NCBI GenBank assembly: GCA_019721075.1
Contig: JAHEAD010000001.1
Span: 1 to 64,000 of the forward strand
Source of the DNA: Candidatus Sysuiplasma jiujiangense
Lineage (GTDB): Archaea > Thermoplasmatota > Thermoplasmata > Sysuiplasmatales > Sysuiplasmataceae
DNA length: 64,000 bases
Direction of reading: 5' to 3'
The notes under the pieces: generated by a model
Seen by the model: the letters and a program-made list of their open reading frames with translations, nothing else
Told to the model about the DNA's origin: nothing
Databases searched by the model: none
Shown here: positions 58,001 through 64,000 of the stretch, in pieces
Numbering within the stretch: the stretch's first letter is position 1
Layout of the letters: each line of letters starts with the position of its first letter
Made by a program: the position numbers and the translations under genes

Positions 58001-58730
58001 CCCATCTGTTGCCGGCTATCGTGTTAAGCGAACGGAAGTAAAAGAAGAAGAAAAAGCCGGCCATCATTAGAATGAACGGATCATGGACGCCGAAACCAAC
58101 CGTGCTCTCTGAAACAATTGACGGCATGAATGCCATCAGACCCGCAGCAAGGAGACCTGTATGCCTGTCGAACAGCTCCTTTCCAATGTAATAAGCGACT
58201 ATAATTGAAATGATGCCGGATAATGCAGACATCAGGACGTATGCGACCACGCCAGCAGAGAGCTTTGTCGAATAGATTGATGTTATCAGAGGCAGGTGGA
58301 ACAGGAAGGAGATTATCCAGGCGGCAAGCACCGTGGTCCAGACATAAAACGGCAGAAACGGATTCTTTGATCCCAACGGATAATTCAGCAGCGGATCAAA
58401 TTCGAGCTGATGGCCAGTAACAAGGGCGTACCTGAGAACCCGGAAGTAGTAATCGGCATCAGATCCGCCGGACAGTCCTGGATATCCAGAAACGATGGCC
58501 TGCGAAAAGTCGAAATAGATGCGGAGATATGCGCCCAGCAGAACGAAAAGAGCGAGCGCTGAAACGATGCGCCAGTCAACGCCCGACATCGCCTGGTAGA
58601 ACCTGCGGAATCTCCGGGATGATCCACTGGGCGCCTCAGTTCCAGTGACATCTTTCTTTTTAACAGTGTTTTCATTATTTGACATCTGTGGGAGCACAAC
58701 CGAACGATTATTTTTGCTCAGTAGTATCAA
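52038..58730 (-). CDS. aglB: Giant AglB/STT3 oligosaccharyltransferase with tandem carboxypeptidase-regulatory-like beta-sandwich repeats and a C-terminal TM
   Basis: GSDADYY, ~13 TMs, TIAE (TIxE) and SWWDYG, followed by ~1250 aa of repeated SGxV...GxY...LxPGxY units. Probable start is ATG at 58685. Confidence 0.9.
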   Translation of the reverse strand: MILLSKNNRSVVLPQMSNNENTVKKKDVTGTEAPSGSSRRFRRFYQAMSGVDWRIVSALALFVLLGAYLRIYFDFSQAIVSGYPGLSGGSDADYYFRVLRYALVTGHQLEFDPLLNYPLGSKNPFLPFYVWTTVLAAWIISFLFHLPLITSIYSTKLSAGVVAYVLMSALSGIISIIVAYYIGKELFDRHTGLLAAGLMAFMPSIVSESTVGFGVHDPFILMMAGFFFFFYFRSLNTIAGNRWVERWTKKQSFRPDFASIRTGIAGYASTNRKSLIYALMAGIVLASIANAWEGYSYLLVIVSLFYLVQSFIYKFKNRDTLALTATWTVVGLSLLVFSLPIYFLGGHIYPWYIVAVAFFFGTLVFGAIYTVARDVPWLSLLTGLVISVLVVVAAAELLDKPLIHTLVGDILLAQSYFIKTTVYTTIAEALAPPFSLLALSLGGSIFFIAFAELAYIFYLSRRKISDSMTLFVVWSIIAVFMAVSTVRFVLDATTVFVVLGGRGLVSLIRWADFGEVKKGYQTYGFSVSGTRKSVKMKHVIVLFLVVSIVILPLIWSGIDAGTPETMKQQLNTEVYNIVPGFLRPSGYTNNGSSVYYFGAFGYSLSTLNDYFPAAWEWLYQHNENITPASQRPAYLSWWDYGSASITKAGLPAVADDFQQGYHFASAVLFSQNETQLIALLSARVAYGYYVKYGYLPQNITTVLSSYGLNSSFILSVYRNPGQFTSTVLANPTVYGPFASNAAPQNIMWAVLMATISKIGLNNTVTLYQQLSSITHYYIGYFSVDTRLFPFSATDTGVFYAPALLGGRPMAGPTVYNIPYNYYTLNATSTTGVNYPLQSIPPNTQIVNYSINYQPMFYNMTLYRFFMGYSAYDLTHQNLQGIPALSGSFLSVPSLQNLQPLPGWMMSHFFMAYRTAYYNPYPIQYVKDHPNAWQAIDVATALKLFKQDPNNQNYTVDLSPQSDYGNGIVIMQYYPGAFINGTVLFRDGQPASGVRATVLDQWGIPHDIAYTNKRGQYSLIAPPGNDTVVFSTGPLSSPQSVVAGIGQVIGEQTYNVSNSEAMRYNVINATTGLPAFNIQASPMQLNATSVSGYVFFDSSRSGTYVPGQSSLLGNVTVRIVNTTTGQSYNTSAADGHYEFNSILPGEYQFYLVKGNSVIQTQNVTTISYSTNTTQNIPVYPGTVSGQVMFPDGSPLTGAYVTLAGVHNGISSVVESASNGSFSFERVLPGNYTLTLSGGSTSAVYGAFVRSFNTTSVNIIAQTPSSIYGRAFAAGSSASFATIYFYSNEQGIRPYIIRTGAGGYYNSTIGSGNYTVYSIYYLNSVKYVLMESLQVLPGVHSLLNFTFSRAIPLSGTVYMASGVPASFARIYLQNGNASLSVYSDSKGNYSALLPAGTYSVWISAKIGSALGQVTISGSGMAMDFTLQNSRLYQGDVNFNSGGSAHYIAGSHMVIDYNGLKYSYYSGILGNYSFYLPDGFSFGLNLSAFGMHQVNYTLLPSTPLTSDISMIPVAVTVTGSVHASQALPAGSEITFASVSNSSINQSFPVSQGRYTATLNPGVYDATITNYSSSTVEFTVGGASTLNVGIGSGLTTFNISVNTLYNLTVSFAYPSGSGISSSQALTRLDLFSSSLPQPIAIDGYSSGRAVYVPSGVYTIYAYSAVSGSIFAYLSRFNVSSPVALSFQLSYAYNLSGKATYGGSTLSSSESVTVTMLNTGASVTAAVQSNGTFSVSLPPSTYSVNVTFPTTMQLNGTTVYVVYYGNKTISLASSVFTSINTLRFDDNASVSGTVSWYYGSAAKASVTFTAINGMGRNQTAVTTSQGSYFVSLQPGKYLVSAVSGSPLGSNYTTISVTVGQSANLNLTLAESYNITGPVTVAGARSVNPVIVFSRGGTSISVPSFSGSYSVVLPAGNYSVTSNYSFSSQGTVYRYAYEGNMTVSSSLYNPVTLNIQPYHSLKLKLLSVSRTPDTTGFSQVTLQLKNDGDVPSSFAMRIASNGWAGTFSPLAGTLGTGNNSTAIVTASLYPTSGVGGGNSTVYLQAYSTATDTISTASVQISVPSVYTFYSKFDFYQYEQQGRVFAVNLLVFNTGNAAANFTASISNFAELSQEGWTGGISTAESGPFNSGSVTFSVPAGQNQSITISLTASSSTTPDMVPISFTVTNSNTNKSASMAVPISLPSPVVTLSGIKVSGHGASPTPLPLFTERRGVIIFLFAAFVIFDVYLAKKKRLIR

Positions 58731-58818
58731 TTGCTATTTAAGCGTTATATGTTTTTTCATAAAAGGAAGAACGATACCAGGAAGCGGCAAATGACTGATC
58801 CGCGTAGCGTCCGCACAA

Positions 58819-59490
58819 CTAGTTTTTAGCGATGGCTTCCCTCCCCGACTGTATCTCTGAAAGATAAGTATTTACAACATCCAGCGGTTCTGACGATCCG
58901 TAAATGCTCCTTCCCACTATAAGTGCGTCAGCTCCATTTGTTATAGCCTCCCGCGCATCACCGCCCTGCGCTCCAACGCCGGGAGCAAGTATGGGCATCT
59001 TCCCCAGAAGGCTCCTGAAATGCTTTATGCGTTCCGGTCTGGTTGCAGGGGCGACTACACCGTCAACCCTGAGCTGGACGGCCATACCGGCGAGTTCATC
59101 CGCGAAGCGCTGGCCAAAATCTGCTGATCCGGGATTTGACATTTCAACAACGAGGAATACAGACGCACCATGCGCACTGTTTATGCATGCCTCCACCGCA
59201 TCAATGCCTGTGAAACCGTGAACAATAATGCCGGACGCCCCGAGTTTTACGGCAGCCGATGTCACCATAGAATTTGTATGCGGGACATCAGATACTTTGA
59301 AATCGCAGATTACGCGGAAATGGTTGGATATTTCAGTGATTATCTGTGGTCCGTTGGCCAGAATTATAGGCCAGTTGAGCTTGATTGCATCAACGTATTT
59401 CCCAACAGTATTGACAATATTCATGGCCTTCCTGTAATCCGTTTCATCCAGCGCAAGTATCAGGCCCCTATTGAAATTGACCTTCGGCAT
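58819..59490 (-). CDS. pyrF: Orotidine-5'-phosphate decarboxylase
   Basis: ILALD, DFKVSDVPHT, EMSNPG, PGVGAQGG and IVGRSIY. Confidence 0.95.
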   Translation of the reverse strand: MPKVNFNRGLILALDETDYRKAMNIVNTVGKYVDAIKLNWPIILANGPQIITEISNHFRVICDFKVSDVPHTNSMVTSAAVKLGASGIIVHGFTGIDAVEACINSAHGASVFLVVEMSNPGSADFGQRFADELAGMAVQLRVDGVVAPATRPERIKHFRSLLGKMPILAPGVGAQGGDAREAITNGADALIVGRSIYGSSEPLDVVNTYLSEIQSGREAIAKN

Positions 59491-59644
59491 GAGAGTACAC
59501 CATTATTCATCAAGAAATTCTATCAACAATATATTCGCAGTGCATAAACCTTTTGCCGTTCTGTGAGCCTGGTGGTCAGTACCTCAAGACTGCAGATGCG
59601 GTTCCGCATCTGAGGAAGCAAAATTTATATTTCCCGGGGAGGAC

Positions 59645-60178
59645 CTATTTCAGTGACAAGTACATTCTCTCCTCATCGTAATATCTTTGGTTTCGTTTCA
59701 CTGCATTAGGCAGAACGCCCATGCTTCTGAAACCCAACCTTGAGTAAAGGCGCCTCGCTGTTACATTGGTGGTAAATACGTCAAGAATGATCATTTCAAA
59801 ACGATCCCGGGAGGAATCTATCGTCCTTTTCAATAGCCTCTCACCTATTCCTATTCCCCTGCTGTCCCTGTGGATGGCTATTCCAAGAGTTCCGATGTGC
59901 GATACACATTCCCTCACAGTCATCGCCCGAATCTCACACAGCCCGACAACCTTTCCATTTCTTTCTGCGACCGATGCGAAACCGTCCCGTTTGATTATGT
60001 CAGAGTAGAGGGCCGAGAACCATTTTATCTCATCCTCATAGGTGGGTTTCGAATTGAACAGGGTGAGACCTAAATCAGGACTGTGCTCCAGTTCATCATA
60101 ATAAGAATAGTAGTTTTCCACAATGTCATCCATGTCGTTCCAGTTCAGCTCCCTTATCACGCAGTCTGCCTTTTCCAT
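59645..60178 (-). CDS. GNAT acetyltransferase
   Basis: LGIAIHRDSRGIGIG and N..ARRLYSRLGF. Start taken at MEKAD (60178). Confidence 0.85.
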   Translation of the reverse strand: MEKADCVIRELNWNDMDDIVENYYSYYDELEHSPDLGLTLFNSKPTYEDEIKWFSALYSDIIKRDGFASVAERNGKVVGLCEIRAMTVRECVSHIGTLGIAIHRDSRGIGIGERLLKRTIDSSRDRFEMIILDVFTTNVTARRLYSRLGFRSMGVLPNAVKRNQRYYDEERMYLSLK

Positions 60179-60315
60179 TTGAACACCGCATTTGGCCGAT
60201 CCTGTTTTATCGGCAATGAAAGTTTCTGCGTATAAAGCACATATGCTCTGCAGGCTGACACTGCTCATGCCGGGAAAGGCAGATGATGCAACTGTTTTTA
60301 TCCCCGGGAGCATAA

Positions 60316-61095
60316 TTGCAGGATTGGATGAGATTCGAACAAATCGATGTTTCAGAGGAGCTCAGGAAAAGACTCAGACTGTCTATTGAGCAGGATGTGG
60401 CGGGAGAGAGAAGGTTTGGAATTCTATTTTCCGGTGGACTTGACAGCAGCATACTCGCCTGCATGGGTGCCGAGCTCGGCGAAGTCGTTCTCTATGCAGT
60501 AGGGACAAGAGGATGTTTTGATCTCAAAGCTGCAGAGATCCGTGCTGCCAAACTGGGACTCCCTCTGAGACAGATTGTTGCACTAGAAAATGATGTTATT
60601 TCAAGCTGCGATGAACTGGTCACAATTTTCAACAGATATCTGAAAAGGATGCCTACCAGGCTCGAGCTTTCAATCTTTTCCCCGATGGTTATGGCCATGA
60701 GGAACATTGAAGAGGGAACTGTTCTCTCCGGTCAGGGAGCCGATGAGGAATTCGGCGGATATAACAGATATATGAGCATGAAAGCAGGAGAACGCCGACA
60801 TGCAATGGAAGAAGATCTCAGAATGCTCCTTGACGAAGGGAGGAAGAGAGACAGCGCAGTGGCGGCTGCATACGGAAAGAGGCTCTTGATGCCATTCCTT
60901 GGAAATGAAGTTGTTGAATTTTCACGTCAGGTTAGGGACTGTGAAAAAGTAAGCAATGGAGAGAGAAAAATCGTTCTCAGAAGAGTTGCCTTCTCGCTGT
61001 GTCTGGATGCCTGGGATGCACCGAAGAAGGCGATGCAGTATGGTTCCGGATTTGAGAAGGTAATAAAGAAGCGGTATGAGTGGAATGGCGGCTGA
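60316..61095 (+). CDS. Stand-alone asparagine synthetase C-terminal (PP-loop) domain protein
   Basis: LFSGGLDSS, SGQGADEEFGGY, PFL and KKAMQYGSG; no glutaminase domain. Confidence 0.85.
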   Translation: MQDWMRFEQIDVSEELRKRLRLSIEQDVAGERRFGILFSGGLDSSILACMGAELGEVVLYAVGTRGCFDLKAAEIRAAKLGLPLRQIVALENDVISSCDELVTIFNRYLKRMPTRLELSIFSPMVMAMRNIEEGTVLSGQGADEEFGGYNRYMSMKAGERRHAMEEDLRMLLDEGRKRDSAVAAAYGKRLLMPFLGNEVVEFSRQVRDCEKVSNGERKIVLRRVAFSLCLDAWDAPKKAMQYGSGFEKVIKKRYEWNGG

Positions 61096-61548
61096 CTACA
61101 TGGTTCGCCTGTACTCCACCTGCAGTGTTTCGACTGCGGAAGTGCCTTCCTTCGGAAGCTGCTCCATTGTTATGAAGTGCATCATATCAATGCGCCTTAT
61201 CGTTCTGTAGTCTATGGATGTTGGCATCTCAAGCAAATTGAAGAGGAATTCATCTCTCTCTTCCTCGTATTCACATACATATTTGCCAGTCTTCTCTCCA
61301 TCCAGTTCCCAGTTTCCGCAGACATTATTTCCCTCCATCCATATTTCGAAGGATCTGTTCCCTATCTCCTCATCATTGTGGAACATCCTGGATTTGCAGT
61401 AAATCCTGCCCTCATCATCGATCGAGCATAGCAGCCTGTCCTCGTACCTGCTTCTCGAATCCCTGTTACCTATCTCACCAATCCATTCTCCTTCAAGGAA
61501 ACTGAGTCTCCTCAGGACCCGTTGAGTCTCCCTGTTACTGCCGGCCAT
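61096..61548 (-). CDS. Hypothetical beta-barrel protein (nitrobindin/lipocalin-like start motif)
   Basis: LSFLEGEWIGE N-terminus; acidic and beta-rich; SD-like ggtgg upstream. Confidence 0.55.
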   Translation of the reverse strand: MAGSNRETQRVLRRLSFLEGEWIGEIGNRDSRSRYEDRLLCSIDDEGRIYCKSRMFHNDEEIGNRSFEIWMEGNNVCGNWELDGEKTGKYVCEYEEERDEFLFNLLEMPTSIDYRTIRRIDMMHFITMEQLPKEGTSAVETLQVEYRRTM

Positions 61549-61667
61549 TCATCAACCACCCGTATTCACACGCTGCATTCCACGTGAGCTGCTGTCAGTG
61601 TATTTAATAAATTAGTAAACCTAAAACTTATATTACATTAACTGGTATGGCAGACACGGTGAGCTAA

Positions 61668-62291
61668 TTGGCAAGACAGAAATATGCAGCAGTGCCTCTG
61701 AAATACAAGGAAGTAGAAGGCATTTCGGCAAAAACATTCGCGGAACATTTCAAACTGTACGAAGGATACGTGAACAAGACAAACGAGATTTATGAAAAGA
61801 TAGCAGGAAATTTTGCAGACCCGTCAAAATCTGCAGGCACATACAGTGAGTATGGAGAGGCAAAGAGGCAGCTTTCATTCACCCTCGGCGGAATGTGGAA
61901 TCACAAGCTTTATTTTGGAGACTTTGAAGACGGAAGGGGTACAAAACCCTCTGACGGGCTGCAGATGGCGATGACAGAGGATTTCGGTTCATTTGACAAG
62001 TGGAAGGAAGACTTTGTAGCTACCGGAATGGCAGCAAGAGGATGGGCAATGCTTTGCTATGGCCTTGATGATGGGCACCTTCACAATGTTGTTCTTGATG
62101 CTCAGAATGCCGGCTTTCCGGCAACAGTCGTACCCGTGATCCTTATGGATGTTTACGAGCATGCTTATTTCATAGACTACGGTACAGCGAGAAAGCCGTA
62201 TGTAGAGGCGTTCTTCAAGAACATAAACTGGAACAGGATTTCAAAAAGATTTGAAAAGTGTGTCAGAATGCACAAGGTATGGAGCGAGTGA
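61668..62291 (+). CDS. sod: Fe/Mn superoxide dismutase
   Basis: EHFKLYEGYV, NHKLYF, FGSFDKW and MDVYEHAY metal ligands. Confidence 0.92.
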   Translation: MARQKYAAVPLKYKEVEGISAKTFAEHFKLYEGYVNKTNEIYEKIAGNFADPSKSAGTYSEYGEAKRQLSFTLGGMWNHKLYFGDFEDGRGTKPSDGLQMAMTEDFGSFDKWKEDFVATGMAARGWAMLCYGLDDGHLHNVVLDAQNAGFPATVVPVILMDVYEHAYFIDYGTARKPYVEAFFKNINWNRISKRFEKCVRMHKVWSE

Positions 62292-62368
62292 TTCACGCAA
62301 CTGACAAGTGACTGTGCAGCCGGAAAACCTTTTACCTGTTTTCACTTGTCTTAGGCAGCGGAAACATC

Positions 62369-62725
62369 TCATTTGATCCTCTCAAATATATCTGCCTCCT
62401 GCTCCCTTGGCGGTTTTTCCTGCTCCTTCTTCCAGAATCTTCTGTAAACTAAGAAGTAGTTGAGCAAGATGGAAAGCAACGTAATACCGGAAATCAGGAA
62501 GGGATTGAACTGTGAAATGCCCGTTGCATATGCTATAATGCCAATCAGAATGAGCGCTTCGAACAGCGCCAGTGTCCAGATGAAATAACGGAGGAAATCG
62601 CGGTATACCCATTCGCGCCAGGTTTTTCCGGTGGCATCCAGCGCGTTCACTTTCTGTATTTCCTCGGGTTCCTCATACTGCCCGATTGTGCCATTTTTTC
62701 CTGATCCTGCAGCAGGGCTGGTCAC
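62369..62725 (-). CDS. Small two-TM membrane protein
   Basis: Two hydrophobic helices; GTG start preceded by a GAGG motif. Confidence 0.6.
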   Translation of the reverse strand: MTSPAAGSGKNGTIGQYEEPEEIQKVNALDATGKTWREWVYRDFLRYFIWTLALFEALILIGIIAYATGISQFNPFLISGITLLSILLNYFLVYRRFWKKEQEKPPREQEADIFERIK

Positions 62726-62768
62726 CCGTCTCTCCTCTCATTCAGATGATTGCAAAGAACGGGGCCCC

Positions 62769-64000
62769 TCACTGACTGCGCCTCCTGAATACCCTGAAAT
62801 TCCGGATAAGAGCGATTGTGCCCTGATTATAGAGCGGTATGACGATCAGAGCGAGCAGCAGAAGAATCAGACCCGATCCTGAAACAATGTATCCGATTGT
62901 GAGCACCTGGAAGGGTGAGAAATAGACTGAAACGGCGGACGGGCCTCCTCCGCTTATCTCATACATCAGGTCACCTATGGAGCGGTAGGACATGCTTGTA
63001 TTGCTGGCCGCATATGATACAAGGTCCGGAGCCGTTTGCCATCCTGAATTAGAGCCTGATGGCGGAACGAAAATCAGGTAGTTCTGATAGCCGAAGTCCA
63101 GCATTCCAGGCAAATAGATGCGATAGTCTGCATCGCTGATCTTTTTTGTGCTGAGGAGCACATATGAACCATTGCCGTATGACGCATTGGTGGCAGCAGT
63201 ATGGCCCGGGGCAATACCCCAGCCGTAATCGAGCATGTTAAGCCTTGCAGACAGGTTTATCAGTTGTTCATATCCTGTTACGATCTGAATGGTGTGGACA
63301 ACGTAAGCCCTTGATACGGGATGCATGTTCTCAAACAGCGCGGAGGATGAACTGTTTTCAACAAGCCTGAGATCCTTCTGCCCGTAGAGGAATGAGTAAT
63401 TCCAGTAATCTGCACTTTTGCTCAGAAAGACATATTTGACGTCCATGAGAGACAGTAAGTTCCCAAGATGTGTGATGCTGTTTCTCTCATTAAGAATTGA
63501 GGACATCAGCGACGAGAAGAGACCGCTTTCTCCCTGACCCGAGAGATAGGTGTCCTGACCACCGTAGATCAGATTCTGGCTGAAAAATTGATTGAAAGGA
63601 GATGCAAATTTGGTGCCGCTCCAGTTATAGTACATGTAGCCGTGCCATGGAAGGACCAGCACTGAGTAGTCGGAAGTGTTCTGATTCATCATATCTTCCG
63701 CCTTATACCATGATGCGGGATACTGGACAGACGTCAGCTGCCCGTCAAAGGAGCCGACCTCCATGTACGAATAAATGAAAGGTGAAATGAGTATCATGAC
63801 AATCACGAGGACGATGATCGCCCGTGCCGGGCCCCTGATTCCGCTCGCATTGAAGTGAAGATGCTTTCCTTCCAGTAATGACTGAAGCTGCAGAACGCTA
63901 AGGCCGCCAAGAAAAGAGTAGGCAAACACCAGCAGTGCGACAAATTTCTGAGGCTCCCTGAAGCCGTTGAAGAGGGGGACGTTATCATAGAGGAAAGTGT
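62769..64000 (-). CDS. Partial membrane protein, GT-C/YfhO-like (5' end outside the window)
   Basis: The frame stays open to the right edge (…FLYDNVPLFNGFREPQKFVALL…). Also YPASW, VLVLPW and VKYVFL motifs and a C-terminal TM. Confidence 0.65.
   Translation of the reverse strand, partial: TFLYDNVPLFNGFREPQKFVALLVFAYSFLGGLSVLQLQSLLEGKHLHFNASGIRGPARAIIVLVIVMILISPFIYSYMEVGSFDGQLTSVQYPASWYKAEDMMNQNTSDYSVLVLPWHGYMYYNWSGTKFASPFNQFFSQNLIYGGQDTYLSGQGESGLFSSLMSSILNERNSITHLGNLLSLMDVKYVFLSKSADYWNYSFLYGQKDLRLVENSSSSALFENMHPVSRAYVVHTIQIVTGYEQLINLSARLNMLDYGWGIAPGHTAATNASYGNGSYVLLSTKKISDADYRIYLPGMLDFGYQNYLIFVPPSGSNSGWQTAPDLVSYAASNTSMSYRSIGDLMYEISGGGPSAVSVYFSPFQVLTIGYIVSGSGLILLLLALIVIPLYNQGTIALIRNFRVFRRRSQ

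Overview
Archaeal chromosomal window. TATA-type promoters, intron-containing tRNAs, archease, ZPR1, GfcR and a giant AglB point to Thermoplasmatota (inferred, not searched). The left ~30 kb is accessory. It holds a partial ORF at the edge; a catabolic cluster (HTH_10 regulator, D-glutamate-cyclase-like DUF4392, APC permease, a SelA/DgaE-like PLP enzyme fused in frame to RidA, and a PIG-L deacetylase); a 329-bp IS3-derived remnant; and a complete type I-G (I-U) CRISPR-Cas locus. In that locus cas4/1-cas2 (+) and cas3-cas8-cas7-csb2 (-) converge on a 16-repeat/15-spacer array. Two ABC-2 exporters, two VapBC loci (one with a collapsed antitoxin), a large membrane protein and a frameshifted IS481-like element follow. 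The right ~34 kb is mostly housekeeping: a B12 acyl-CoA mutase operon with isobutyryl-CoA-mutase-type residues, tRNA-Cys/Thr/His, OSBS/NAAAR, UDG, Nth, aconitase, a GAF histidine kinase, ZPR1, Xaa-Pro peptidase, archease, a phosphomevalonate-decarboxylase-like enzyme, GfcR, a candidate ~160-nt structured ncRNA, a 2230-aa AglB, PyrF and SOD. The best candidates for undescribed biology are the PLP-lyase/RidA fusion operon, the compact convergent archaeal I-G system, the ICM-type mutase and the candidate ncRNA. All family calls come from motif recognition by eye; no searches were run.
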